Assembly (NCBI RefSeq): GCF_006345805.1 | Contig: NW_021835334.1 | Coordinates: forward strand, 1-48,968 | DNA length: 48,968 nucleotides | Direction of reading: 5' to 3' | Source of the DNA: Octopus sinensis | Taxonomy: Eukaryota | Shown: in pieces, positions 35,570-48,968 of the stretch | How positions within the stretch are numbered: position 1 is the stretch's first letter | How the letters are laid out: every line of letters begins with the position of its first letter | The notes under the pieces: generated by a model | Database searches by the model: none | What the model was told of the DNA's origin: nothing | Seen by the model: the letters and a program-made list of their open reading frames with translations, nothing else | Made by a program: the position numbers and the translations under genes

Positions 35570-36200
35570 TCAATTGCAGCCGTTGTTGCAATTTCCCATG
35601 CATTTATGGTGGAGCGCCATCATGACGCTCATGGATAATTGTTTTATGTGGTTCTCAACCGAGTCATTCACTTCGTTCAAATCAAGGACCACGTAATGAT
35701 CCAAATACTCTGTGTCTTACTTGTCTCTGCTTCAAACATTTCAAGGTATTTCGATGAGGCAAAGCGTGTCCCAAGGTAAAGTCAAGTATTTTCTGAAAGC
35801 TCTCTCGTGATTTCACTATTTGCTGTACAGCATCTGCAATGGAGATGTGATTTTCCTGAAAATCTTTTAAAGAACCATCAACAGAGATATTCACTTCAAA
35901 AGAAGTTTCACTTCTTTTTTTATGATATAAAAACAATTGTTGATCACTTGTTGATCTTACGGCTTGTGGAAGGGACGTGGATTTGGGACACAAGAAATGG
36001 GTTGTGATGAAAACAAACTTCTGTGATGAAAACAAACTTCTGTGGCATTTAATGCATAAATTTAGAAAGTGGTGTTGGACCCTTTCGGTGATAAACTTCA
36101 CTGGGAAACCTCCATGTTGTTTACAACACCCCGACCTCACTATGTGCGATGATCTCAGGGGTGGTGGTGGATATAGCATAGGGTTGAGTGGCAAGTGGGG
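35570..36200 (-). mobile_element. Heavily decayed reverse-transcriptase fragment, R4/Dong-like
   Basis: In RT order on the minus strand: TTC(C)CAGTGAAGTTTATCACCG, resembling FQGDSLSP (36107-36086); SLLMVL*KIF, resembling SLL.TV.IFS; KYLEMFEAE, resembling YKYLG.LEA (35751-35725); INAWEI, resembling INTWA (35607-35590). A 19-bp tandem duplication near 36003-36040 shifts the frame. Confidence 0.55.
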
Positions 36201-37960
36201 GGATGGCTACGCATATCACCGAAGCATGCTGTAAAGGAGGACGTGGTAAGCGAGGCTGTTGTGTCGGATACCGATTGAAGACAGCACCGTATTATGGATA
36301 TTTTTGAAGGCACCGGAATTCTCTGATTAAAACAAGAAATAGTTTAGTATTCCTATAACCAGCTGCATTGGAGCAGAAAATAAAGTTAGACAGTCCTTAA
36401 TTGGCTTATGTCTAGATAATCCTTGCTTGGCTTATGTGCAAACAATTTGGTTTCCTCACTTAAATTGAGACTGATACTGCAAATTTACACTAATATTATT
36501 TGAAAGATTATTTGAAAGATTATTATGATGATTAAGAGACTCATCGTTTGCTTCAGCGAAAGTGAGTTTGCGTAGGTGGGCACGAGTGACCTTTGACTAT
36601 CTTAATTTACATTAGTTATTTATCTCAAATTACATTCATTATAATTCAATTAATTATTGAAATAGGTTGTTGCGGTTATTTTCTTTATCAGAACAATTCT
36701 TTACTACAGTCAACTGTATACGTATATCTACACAGACACACAAACACGCACACATACACACATATACAAACGTAGATTTACTATATGAATTGTATATACA
36801 TGTGTGTGTGTGTGTGTGTATGTGTGTACGTATGTGTATACACACATATACATACATAGGTGTTTGTGTATATAAATGTTTCTCTGTGTATATACATGTA
36901 TGTATATCCATATGCAGAGAGAAAGAGAGAGAGAAATAAAGAGACAGAGACAAACATATGCATATTTATAGAGTTATATATATATATGCATGTACACACC
37001 ATTAGATATATATATATATATATACAAACACACTCAGACTTGAGTGTATGTGTATCTGAATGTGTGTGTGTTTATGTATACACATAAATATAAAATAAAG
37101 TCGCGGATGCGTGGATATACATAATTCAATTCAAAACGTGCGTGTATATAAAGTATAAAGGCTGTTAACTGATAACAAAATATATCGACAATTTATTATT
37201 TCGCTTACTACAGGAAGCTACTGTCGCCCCCTCTATTTTATCTTAAGACCTAATACTAACATTTAATATCCTTCCCAATTACAAGATTGATAGAATCTCA
37301 TACGATTTCAAACTCCATTATTTTCTAGAAATCACTATTTCGACAATTTCATCCATCATGTCCACCGCCACATAACAATCAGCTACAGCAGCAACTAATC
37401 GCCAAACTCCTACCAATACCACACAACGAACGCCATTGCGACGTGTCTCTATATTTCTTGTCTATCTTTCACTTAACATTCGCCATTTTGTTTCAGCGAT
37501 TATATATTTATTTTTATTTGTTACACTTATTATTTATTTTATTTTTTGGGGACTTCGTTGTGTTTTTTTTCTTTTGTCTTTATTCGTGTGTGCTTGTAGG
37601 TGTCTTCACAGCATGTGTTGAATTCTAGCAATTAGGTTTTCTACACTTTTAGACCTAATATGTTTTATTGTTTTTTTCTTTTTCATTATGTTTGCGTTTC
37701 ATAACATTGTAGCGGGTTCTTGTGTGTGCAAGTGTGTTGTGTGTGTGTTGCATGTGTTTCAGTGTGTTGTGCGCTTGTTTTTTGTGTATGCGGGTGTAAG
37801 AAAACAAGAATGAATCCAGAATAAAAATATGCCAAGGAATTATAAAAGACAGGAACCAAAAATGATTAAATATAAAAGATGATTAAAAGAAAAAAAAATT
37901 ACAACATGGGAGATGAATATGTGCGTATCTATGTGTGTGCGTGTGCGAGTGTGTGTGTGC

Positions 37961-38001
<41 letters not shown>

Positions 38002-38573
38002 GGTATGAATGTATATATGTACATAAGTGTGTGTGTGTGTGTGTATATATATGTAGGTATGAATATATGAATTTATGCATGTACATATATATATATATAT
38101 ATATATATACATACATACATATATATGTACACATACACACACAAGCACACATTACAGATATCTTGACCTATAACAAGATTGTTGTAATTATAAACACACG
38201 TACACACACGCATAACACGATTGGTATAATTATATACATATATATATATGGAAACACATAACTTTATGTATATAAATTATAAATGTATATATATATGTAT
38301 ATATATGTATATATATATATACATATATACATACATACATATACACATATGCATACACATATAAACATGTATATAAGTATGTACATGTGTATATATATAT
38401 ATATATACATACACACAAACACAAACACACCCACATATATATGTATGTATATGTATGTATATACATATATATATATGTATACATTTATATATGTATAAAT
38501 ATGTGTGTATATATATATAATATATATATATATATGTATATATATGTATATGCTATATATATATATTATCTAT

Positions 38574-38623
<50 letters not shown>

Positions 38624-38934
38624 AAAATGGAGTCATGATGCAACATCTGGTTCAATGCAGCCTATGATATATCGAGGCGTCTTCTTCCTAATAGATTTCG
38701 TGATATTAACAAAAGCTCCGAAGGACAGAATTGATAGATGTGTGCTTGCATTAGCTCACACACAAACACACACACAACCGTGTATACATGCGTAGAAGTG
38801 AAATATTAAACTATATATGTGTGTGTGTGTGTATGTGACTCCGTGCGTATGTCTATGGATGTGCAATATTGTGTGTTAAGGACGAAGCGTACAATTTCAA
38901 TTATATGCAATCAGAGAACATATGTGATATAAGC

Positions 38935-39092
<158 letters not shown>

Positions 39093-39403
39093 GTATGTCT
39101 GTCTGCCTGTCTGTCTATCTATCAGTCTATCCATCGATCTATGCATTTTTCTCACACTCTCGAGCGTAAGCAAAGACAACGATATAGATTTGCATATGTG
39201 TGTGAGTACGTGGGTGTGTGTGTGTGTGCACGCGCGCGTGTGTGTGTGTGTATGTGCGTGTGTGTGTGCTGTATATGTTTCGGTGTTTGTGTATGTGTGG
39301 GATGTGAGAAACGAATAAGAAGAAAAGGAAAGAAGGAAAGAAAGAATGAATGGGATGAAGAATCAAAGCTTGAATAGAAAATAATATGGGAATAGAGAGA
39401 GAA

Positions 39404-39434
<31 letters not shown>

Positions 39435-39589
39435 GACAGAAGAAAGAATATAAAGAACTGAAGGAGTGGGTGAGTTCTAAAGATGTAATTTACCACATTG
39501 TCTACAATAAATTCTGATACATAACTGGAGCTGGGGTCATATCTCCCCGTGTGCAGAAATTGGAACGGTTAAGGATTTCAACTCAACTG

Positions 39590-39890
39590 TCGTGAAAGCT
39601 GGGTTCCATCCTATTTTGTGAGACCTTGTGTGTTGTGTTCTTGAGCAAGACTCTTTATATCAGTCATTACTCCTGTTCACTCAGCTGTAGTAATGAGTTG
39701 AGATGTCATTGGTGCCAAGGTGTATCGGCCCCTTTGCCTTTCCCTCGGAGAACATCAGAGGCGTGGAGAGGGGAGGCTGGTTTGCATAAGTATTAGGCTT
39801 TAAAAATTGGTCCTGGGGTCGATTTGTTCAACTAAAATAATTCAAGGCGGTGCCCCAGCTTCGCCGCAGTCAAATATTTGAAACATGTTT
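39590..39890 (+). mobile_element. Decayed family T SINE followed by a family C tail fragment
   Basis: GTGTTCTTGAGCAAGACTC..GTTCACTCAGCTGTAG..GCCCCTTTGCCTTTCCC, then CCTGGGGTCGATTTGTTCAACT..GGCGGTGCCCCAGC. Confidence 0.75.
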
Positions 39891-40204
39891 TTAAATAATA
39901 AGTAATTACTATACGTAGGCGTCGCTGCAGAATTAGTTAGTCGATTTTGCTGAACCAAGGCCCCAAAATACATCGATTTAGTCATCAGGGGCTATCGAAC
40001 CCTATCTCTCTCTCTCTAGCAGCCTGTGAAGAAACCTCAACATTGATTCTCGAATTTCAAGACGTGACATTCAAATTTTAAAATCTTTTCAGCAACATTA
40101 GCGAAAACATTTTTCAAAAAAAAAAAATTAAAGTTTGATTTCAAATATTGATGGTATTTAAATCATACTGAGCCCCCCCCCCATATATATGTCCTCATGA
40201 GTAC

Positions 40205-40402
40205 CGCTGGCGATTTTTTTCCTCTGTCTTCCCTTCTCTGGATCTTCCCTTCTCCTATGTTTCCGACGAAGATTTCCGCTCGAAACGTTAAACCCTCCTT
40301 CTTCCCTTCTTTCCTGAGCGTCCAATAATACTATATTTGTTCCACGTCCTCGCGTTGTTGTGTTTTTTTGTTTTTTTTTGTGTTTTCTTGTTTGGATTAA
40401 CT
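40205..40402 (+). mobile_element. Short Penelope-like element (subfamily A)
   Basis: Highly similar to the reverse complement of 12600-12790; 3' end TTGGATTAACT runs into (TA)n. Confidence 0.7.
40259..40293 (+). ncRNA. Minimal hammerhead-like motif (U4C core, damaged stem II)
   Basis: GTTT-CCGACGA-A-GATT(TCC)GCTC-GAA-ACGT-T-AAAC: 4-bp stem I, intact GAAA and ACGT, GUU triplet. Stem II 5' strand is mutated relative to GAGC in the paralogue. Confidence 0.5.
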
Positions 40403-41039
40403 ATATATATATTTATATATATAGATAGATAGATATGTACATTAGTTCCTGTATTCAAGCTTTTAGAGTAAAAAGTCCAAGGAATTTAGAAAGAATTGTA
40501 GCTAAAATATAAATTCAGTTTTGTACCTTTGAATAGCGGAATTCAATAACGAACTAAACACAATGCCTGTGTGTATGTTACTGTGTGTAAGTGTGTGTAT
40601 ATGTGTGTGCGCGTGCGTGTGTCTCTGTATATGTGTGTGTGTATACATGTGTGTAAGTCGTTCTGGAGGAAAAGACAAATTAATGAGAACATTTCAGAAG
40701 AATTATTAGACTTGCAATTCCAAGTATTATTGTTGCTTCTTCACAACTTCACAGCAAGGCTCGTTCAATATTTGCGTATTCCTTTGTGAAATGATTATGA
40801 GAATTAAAGATAATTAAATGGTAACATGCTAAGGGTAAAAGCAGTGTTAGAAGATATATTTTTGCTGTCAGAATTGCAAAAAATGCCTGTCACTTATTAT
40901 TACATCAAAGCAAGTGTTCAGAATATTGACACAGACGTGAGACCTTGTATAAATATTCTATGCAGCACAATTCTTGAATAAAATGTGACGATGTTTGAAT
41001 AAAAAACAATAAAAGGGAGTAATATTGGGGCTCAAAGTT

Positions 41040-41575
41040 TGGAAGAGAACCAGCAACAATGGGAGAGAGGGTAACTCAATTACATCGATCCCATTGTTCA
41101 ACTAGTACTTATTTTAGCTTGGAGGCGCAATGGACCAGTGGTTAGGGCAGCGGACTCGCGGTTGTAGGATCGCGGTTTCGATTCCCACAACGGGCGTTGT
41201 GAGTGTTTATTGAGCGAAAACACCTAAAGCTCCACGTGGCCCCGGCAGGGGGTGCTGGTGAACCCTGCTGTACTCTTTCACCACAACTTTCTCTCACTCT
41301 TTGTTTCTATTTCTGCTGTACTTAGATTTCAAAGGGCCAGCTTTGTCACACTGAGTCTCCCCTGAGAACTACGTTAAGGGTACACGTGTCTTTGGAGTGC
41401 TCAGCCACTTGCACGTTAATTTCACGAGCAGGCTGTTCTGTTGATCGGATCAACTGTAACCCTTATCGTCGTAACAGACGGAGTACCATAGAAAAAAAGA
41501 AACTTATTATATCGATTCCGAAGGATGGGAGGGAAAGTCGACCTCGGTAGAATTTGAACTCAGAATCTAAAGATG
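41040..41575 (-). mobile_element. Old family M SINE split by a family K insertion
   Basis: Left part CAATTACATCGATCCC..CAACTAGTACTTATT, right part ACTTATTATATCGATTCCGAAGGATG..GTCGACCTCGGTAGAATTTGAACTCAGAA. Confidence 0.75.
41121..41490 (+). mobile_element. Full-length family K SINE with apparent TSD ACTTATT
   Basis: GGAGGCGCAATGGACCAGTGGTTAGGGC A box, GGTTTCGATTCCC B box, tail GATCGGATCAACTG..GACGGAGTACCA plus A-rich end. ACTTATT at 41107-41113 and 41502-41508. Confidence 0.9.
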
Positions 41576-41967
41576 ACGTAGTCCAGTGGCTAAAATTTAG
41601 GTTGTGAGCCGTGTAGCTTCCTCATGATAAGTGGCAGAAAGAATTTTGTGTGTGAATAGTTATTTGTGTATAGACTGTGATAAAGTCTAAGTCTTGGTTT
41701 GTACTTTTGTATCAAATTATTTTCTTTGTTTATCCGCGCTTCATCTGTGGTATTCGCTGAACATAGATAGACTGGGAAAACCTGGAATTTGGAGAACTTT
41801 TTTTTTTTGCACATATCTATGTGGCCCCTCAGTGGAATCTGTCTAGTATTGGGGTCTCTTATTTGTTGTCGGTGAATGTATTTATATGTATGTATATATA
41901 TATATATATGTGTGTGTGTGTATGTGTGTGTGTGTGTATGTGTGTGAGTGCATATGTATGTGTGTGT

Positions 41968-41999
<32 letters not shown>

Positions 42000-42000
42000 C

Positions 42001-42050
<50 letters not shown>

Positions 42051-42737
42051 CAACCAGATAGGTAAATACAGAGAGATGTCACACGGAATAGAAGCCATTA
42101 CTAGTAGGGGCTATACATACATAAATGGATATATAGATACATTCATACATACATACGTACATATGTGTGTGTGTTTGAGTTTAGAGAGAGAGAAAGAGGG
42201 TGAGAGAGAGAAAGCGATACTCAATTATATACATACAACAGTGATTGCTTTGCATAACTCCACATAGAAATACAGACAGGGAGGCGTGTGTATGCTTGTG
42301 CTTGTATGCGTATGTGAGGCCCCGAAAGAGAACTTAGAATGACACAACGCAAACACATCGACAAATGCACACAAACACGGGCAAACACAAATACAAATAA
42401 ACAAATACGTGAGAGTGCGCGCGCGCAGTAATTTATGCTTCAGAGATTAAGAGAAAGAGAGAGATAGAGAAAGAGAGAGAGACAGTGAGTGGGAGAGAAA
42501 GAGAGATCGAGTGTGAGGGAGAGAGGTAATCTAAATACGCTTACAGATCAATTTATTTTTAAGTAGAAAACAATGGCCGACTCCGTGGTTCCCCACAGAA
42601 ATGATGTCGGTCTAGATAACTCTATTAATATCACATTAAATACGTCTAGATTATCACAGCCCACACCAATTAGTCTCCTTAGTAAACACTGCAGATGTCT
42701 ATATCTAGGTATATCTGATATATATATATACATACGC

Positions 42738-42770
<33 letters not shown>

Positions 42771-43461
42771 TACATATATTTATACACTATATATAAATAT
42801 ATGTGCGTATATTTATGCCTACGTTTCTGTTAATACTTGTATAAATTCATATATATACATACATTCGTATACATATGCATATACATATCTATATATATAT
42901 ATATAACATATACATGTAGATATATTATATATATATATAATATATGTACATATACATGTATATATATGCATATATATATACATACGTATATATACGTATG
43001 TGTATATATATATGTATATATATATATATGTGTGTGTATATGTTTACGCATGTATATATATATACATAAGTACATACCGTGTGTAACATATATATATATA
43101 TATATATATAATATATATTATTACATTATATAAAAGGGCTTAGTAAAATAAATTTATATATATATATAGGTAAAATATATAGCACACCATTCCGACGATC
43201 AAAGAGATGTTGTGGAAGCGTACGACGAATGAATATTCTCTATCTCACCAAAACTAAATTATATTTTCTTCCTTTTATGGTCGATGAAAATACACACCGT
43301 CGATGACGTAGACTCAAATGCGTACACGCGCGCACACACACATACTCTCTCTCTCACACACACACGCATATGTATATCTATATATATGTATGTATATTGC
43401 ACATGCACACATATACATATGTATATATAACACACACAAATACTCAAGTATGTATGTATGC

Positions 43462-43519
<58 letters not shown>

Positions 43520-43526
43520 TTACCTA

Positions 43527-44030
43527 TCGAGTCGGTTTATCAGCCGAGTCTATCGTCAATATCGTCACTTGAAAAGGAAAGTGAGAGTAGAGAGGCAAGT
43601 TTTGTCTAGCGAATGTTTCAAAAAAAGATGGGTGAATGTAGCAAGGATGTCACGTATGAATGACGAAGTATAATCCATGAACCCGGAAAAATTTAAAACA
43701 GAGGGTTACCTACTTGCAAACAAATGTGGTAACATGTAACATTATTGACCGAGGTTACTGTGGCCTTTTCCGTAGGCTTTTCTTTCCACGGATAAACCTT
43801 ATCTGCTACCCACTTTACACTTTACATCATGACATTTCTGTGATACACGACCTCTATTGACGTTTTTTTTTGTTTTTCCGTTTTTTCTTTCCTTTTTCTT
43901 CTTTTTTTCTTCCCCTTTTACGATCCCTTTTGATCGAAAACCTACCCCAATGTTTTTTCTCCCCAAAAAGAAAAGCTCTGCTTTATAATCTGTCCCGTCT
44001 GTGTGCAGCCCTGTGTGGCTAATAAAGAAA
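43527..44030 (+). mobile_element. 5'-truncated LINE 3' end (ORF2 C-terminus plus 3' UTR), probably Tx1-like, inside (CTAT)n
   Basis: Encodes HLKRKVRVERQVLSSECFKKRWVNVARMSRMNDEV* (stop 43671-43673), a T-rich UTR and AATAAA at 44021; (CTAT)n on both sides. Clade call is from memory of Tx1-type C-termini. Confidence 0.62.
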
Positions 44031-44038
44031 TATATCGC

Positions 44039-44146
<108 letters not shown>

Positions 44147-44147
44147 A

Positions 44148-44514
44148 CTGATCCTATGAACCGTAAAAATTAATAGAGTTGCTTATTTGTAAAAAAAAAT
44201 GACATGTGACTTCATTGACCGAGGTTACCGTGGTCTTTTCCGTAGGCTTTTCTTTCCACGGGTAAATATCACCTGTCCTCCCCTTTACACTTTATATTGA
44301 CATTTCTGTGATAACGATCCCTATTGATCAATTTTTTCCTTGCCCCCCCCTCCTACCCCTTTTTAATCTTATCCCCCCCTTTTTTTGTCCTCTTTCTTTC
44401 CTTTTACGATCCCTTTTGATCGAAAACCAAACCCCCTTTTTTACCCCCAAAAGAAAAGCTCTACCTTGTAATTTGTCCTGTCTGTGTGCAGCCCTATGTG
44501 GCTAATAAAGAAAC
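44148..44514 (+). mobile_element. Second, diverged copy of the same LINE 3' UTR inside (CTAT)n
   Basis: Shares GACCGAGGTTAC.GTGG.CTTTTCCGTAGGCTTTTCTTTCCACGG, ACGATCCCTTTTGATCGAAAACC and TGTGTGCAGCCCT.TGTGGCTAATAAAGAAA with the 43527 copy. Confidence 0.8.
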
Positions 44515-44515
44515 A

Positions 44516-45165
<650 letters not shown>

Positions 45166-45626
45166 TCTCTTCCCTACGGCCAAAACACCGTAAGCTGGTT
45201 TAATTATCTTCGGAATATCTAAATGTATTTCTGTCTTCCACAAAATTAATTGAAAACTTCGATTAATTACTCTGAGGGTTCAGTCCGAAAGAACACAATA
45301 AGATGGTGGGGTAGGTGGAGGTGTGACTATGCTTGTGTGTGTATGGGTGCGCGTGCGTGTGCAAGTATGTGTTTGCGCGCGCACTTGCGGAGAACGTTGG
45401 TGAAGAAGACAGGTAATAAAATGTCTGGTAATAGGCGGGAAATAGATGTTAGGAAGGGAAATAGATGTTAGGAAAGGATACGCAACGAAAAAAGGGTGAG
45501 TTTGTGAGACTGGAGAGTTCTAATGGAAAACAATGGAATCGGTAGAGTATTAGAAACAGGAAAAATGAAGAAATATTTAAGAAGAGGTGGCCAAGAAGGT
45601 GGACAAGAGGAGGTGGTCAAAGAGAA

Positions 45627-45810
45627 GTTTCGTTCAATACTGATGCAAAATTGAGAGCTTGGCTGGATCAATTTTTCGAGTCGAAATCAGGTGATTTCTA
45701 AAAAGGAGGTATTGAAAATCTTGTTGAACGTTGGGAAGAAGTTGTAAACAACAAGGGTGAATACATTATTGATTAATTAATTGTTATTTTTTATTGAAAC
45801 TTTAAAAAAA
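45627..45810 (+). mobile_element. Mariner (Tc1/mariner) transposase C-terminal remnant with decayed 3' end
   Basis: VSFNTDAKLRAWLDQFFESKSGDF*KGGIENLVERWEEVVNNKGEYIID* (45627-45776) matches the mariner C-terminal pattern F......WL..FF.SK...FY..GI..L.ERW..VV...G.YI. Premature TAA at 45699. Confidence 0.88.
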
Positions 45811-47332
45811 TTTTAAATAAAAAAACGGCCGAGGAAACCCACGATATATATCTGTCTGTCTGTCTGTCTGTCTGTATATCCATACAAAGGGAAAGATGTA
45901 TAGAGGGGGAAAGAGACAAATGTTGATATAGATGTATCAATATATATAGATCTGTGTATGCGTGAGTGTGTGTGTAGCTGTACGCATACATATATAATTG
46001 TCTGTGCGTATATGTATGCATGAATATATATATATATGTATGCGTGTGTGTATGTGTATGTGCCTTTGTGTGTATATGTGTGTCTGTATGTACGTGTGCG
46101 CATGGATTATGTATATGTGGGCTTAATATATTAATCGGTGAAGAACATTTCTAAGAATGAGGTTTAAGAAATAAAATATAACATAAAATACTAAATATAA
46201 ATAAAAAGAAATAATAATAATAATAAATCAGAAAATTAGTGAAACATAACTGTAGATTATCTAATCTTTTTAATTACATAGAAACACAAAACGAACTTGT
46301 AAAGGGAAAAGTGGAAACACCGTAAGAGCCGAAAGGAGGATGTACCAATGTTATATTAAGGACAAATAGGAATCGATGAAGTAACTCAAACCCCTACCTC
46401 CATGTTAAAGACTCCAACATCTCACTTTCCACCACTTTTTCATAAGCCATTGCAAGCCATTTACGTTTAACAACACCGTTGTGAGTTTGTAAATGTATAA
46501 GAAACAGTGGATAAATAGCTCGGCGCAATTCGACGCGGTTTAAATTTCCTCATTTTTATTCTTTAATATCCTTTATTTAAATTTTAAGTTACTCCCACAC
46601 AAATGTATTCCCCAATATGTTCACGTGTATGCGTATACATAGACGATGATGCACAGTATAAAACTATGTATTTCTTAAGTTTTTCATTAATTTTGCTTCT
46701 TTCCGTGGTACGTTTTCTTGTAGTTTATTTTTTTTTTTTTGATTGACTCAAAGTGCTTCCAGGGCTTTTGATACGAGATATGTTAACAGGGGAATGGAAA
46801 TTCAAGATTTTTTCAAACTAGTATTTTCAATCATGCCCTAGAAAAAAATTACTATTCATCGGCACGAAGATATATTAATTAAAAAGTATATTACAACTTA
46901 ATGAACCAAACTGGTTAGTATCAGTTGCTTAGGAAGCGTATGGAGATTGTATTCTTCCCCTTACACGAGTTTGGTTAGAGGCTTCTGGAAGAATAAGTTC
47001 TGTAGAGGGAACAACACTGTAGATTACTCGGATTCCAGAAAGGAATATTGTATATTATCTAATACTTTGTCAGGAATTACTAAAGTGCTTTCGTACTTTT
47101 TTTTTGCATGTAAGAACAGATGTAACACCATATCCTTCCACAGATGTGTGTGTGGTGGTTATGGTGTGTGGTGTGTGCGCGCATGCGTGTTATTTGTGTT
47201 CGTGTGTTCAAGTTGTATTCGGAAACTAAAAAAGGAATTCGCTTGAAACAATGTTATTTGCCATCCGACTCCATAACAATATGTAACATTTCTTTTCGAA
47301 TATAAAACAGTAGAACTTTTAAATTCAGTTAA

Positions 47333-47378
<46 letters not shown>

Positions 47379-48147
47379 GCACAAACACACACACAAACAC
47401 ACACACAAACACACACACACATACGCGCACACATATTAATGTTTGTTTTTATGTCGGGTTAGAGCAGAATTAATTTTACATTAAACTGAAGAGTAACTCA
47501 ATACTTTCATTAGAGTATACATTATACTCTACTTACGTAAGTATGATACATATGTTTTATGCATGTTTGTGTGTGTGCGCGCGTGAGAATATGTGTGTAT
47601 GTGTGTGTATATGCGTGTGTGTGCGTGTGTATTAGTGTCGATTTCAACGAGAGACAATATATGGAACACAGGTGACAGACTTAGATAGAAATTAATCAAA
47701 GAGAGTGAAGGAGAGAGTGAATAAGAGATATGAAGAGAGTGATAAATAGAAAAGAGGGAAAGAAAGTGGTTATGGAGGAAAGCGAGTGAGAGAGAGAGAA
47801 AGAGAAAAAGAGACGGAGAAAGAGAAAGAGAGACGGAGAAAGAGAGAGAGAGAGAGAGTGGGGTGGAATGATGATAATAATCCAATATTTTAATTACAAT
47901 TTTTGTCATCACTTCAAGACCAGATTAAGAAGATCGAATAATAATTTCTATCTGAGGAGATTTTAATCGGGATAAAAAGCCAAACCAAGCTTCGGTTCCA
48001 GAATTTCAAAATAGCAGATAAATACATAGAAACGTCGAATAAGTTATCAGTGAAAGAGGAGGGGAACTTTTTTCTCTCCACGCACAGAATGTCCGATAAT
48101 CAGAGTATCAAAAGCCGAAGACTGTTCAAAATTGCTTCCCATTATAG

Positions 48148-48490
48148 GTGCAAGGCCTGAAGGTTTGGTGAATGGGGATAGACGATTACATCGACCCTGG
48201 TACATGACTGACACTTATTTTATCGGCCCCGAAAAGATGAAAGGCAAAGTCGACCCCGGTGGAATTTGAACTCAGAACAAAGGACGTACGAAATGTCCGT
48301 AACAATTTCGCCCGGCGGGCTAACGATTCTTATTTCTTTACTGCCCACAAGGGGCAAAACATAGAGGGGACAAACAAGGACAGACAGTATTTGGCTTAAA
48401 AGTTGAGTCCTGGGGTCAATTTGTTTAACTAAAACCGCTCGAGGTGCTCCAGCATGGCTGTAGTTAGATGACTGAAAGAAGAGAATAAAA
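48148..48490. mobile_element. Chimeric SINE cluster: family M (-), second family M tail (-), family C tail (+)
   Basis: Family M 48148-48330, TATTTCTTTACTGCCCACAAGGGG tail 48330-48385, CCTGGGGTCAATTTG..GACTGAAAGAAG 48408-48490. Confidence 0.8.
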
Positions 48491-48529
48491 GCATAAATGT
48501 ATATATATATGTATATAACATATATATAT

Positions 48530-48573
<44 letters not shown>

Positions 48574-48652
48574 AATGTGTGTAATATACATATATATATA
48601 TGTATGTATGTGTATATATGTAATATATATCTATATATTACATAAATGCTCA

Positions 48653-48684
<32 letters not shown>

Positions 48685-48749
48685 TATATATGTATCTATG
48701 TATCTCTCACTATATAATATATATATATATATATACAAACACGCACAAA

Positions 48750-48789
<40 letters not shown>

Positions 48790-48968
48790 CCGAAGGAGCG
48801 AGGGTGAAGGAGAGATGGAGAAATGTGAAAGAGAGAGAGAGATTTCGAAATGAATTCCTTGAAGCACAAAGCTTAGCGACTGACTCCAATTGAGGCTAAT
48901 ACTAAACATGTTTTATAGCATTACAAAAAAAAAAAAAAGTGTTACTACGACCACTGAGAGAATCTATC

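Noticed and set aside
35682-36194. 170-aa ORF with DFQENHISIADAV, resembling a hAT transposase
   Set aside because: Other frames give four RT motifs in the correct order, so an RT fossil is the simpler reading.

Overview
AT-rich, repeat-saturated eukaryotic DNA. The SINE families and very high microsatellite load are those I associate with octopus (coleoid cephalopod) genomes; this is an inference, not a database result. I find no intact host protein-coding gene, rRNA, functional tRNA or CRISPR array, and nearly all supplied ORFs are translations of microsatellites or SINEs. The window looks intergenic or deep-intronic. It holds about 30 tRNA-derived SINE copies from four families (nested, chimeric and tandem), decayed non-LTR retrotransposon remnants (Tx1/L1-like, R4/Dong-like), a mariner transposase tail, and short unique islands rich in homeodomain/TALE/TCF motifs. 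The most interesting signal is a set of ~190-210 bp (TA)n-abutting elements (3.5, 12.6 and 40.2 kb) carrying minimal Penelope-type hammerhead-ribozyme folds with a compensatory stem change and non-canonical cores. A related ~104-bp-arm near-perfect palindrome at 28.8 kb keeps the 3' half of such a fold. Two 5'-truncated LINE 3' ends sit in the same orientation inside one (CTAT)n array, suggesting microsatellite targeting. Repeat boundaries are by eye and approximate (about +/-10 bp) unless a motif is spelled out.
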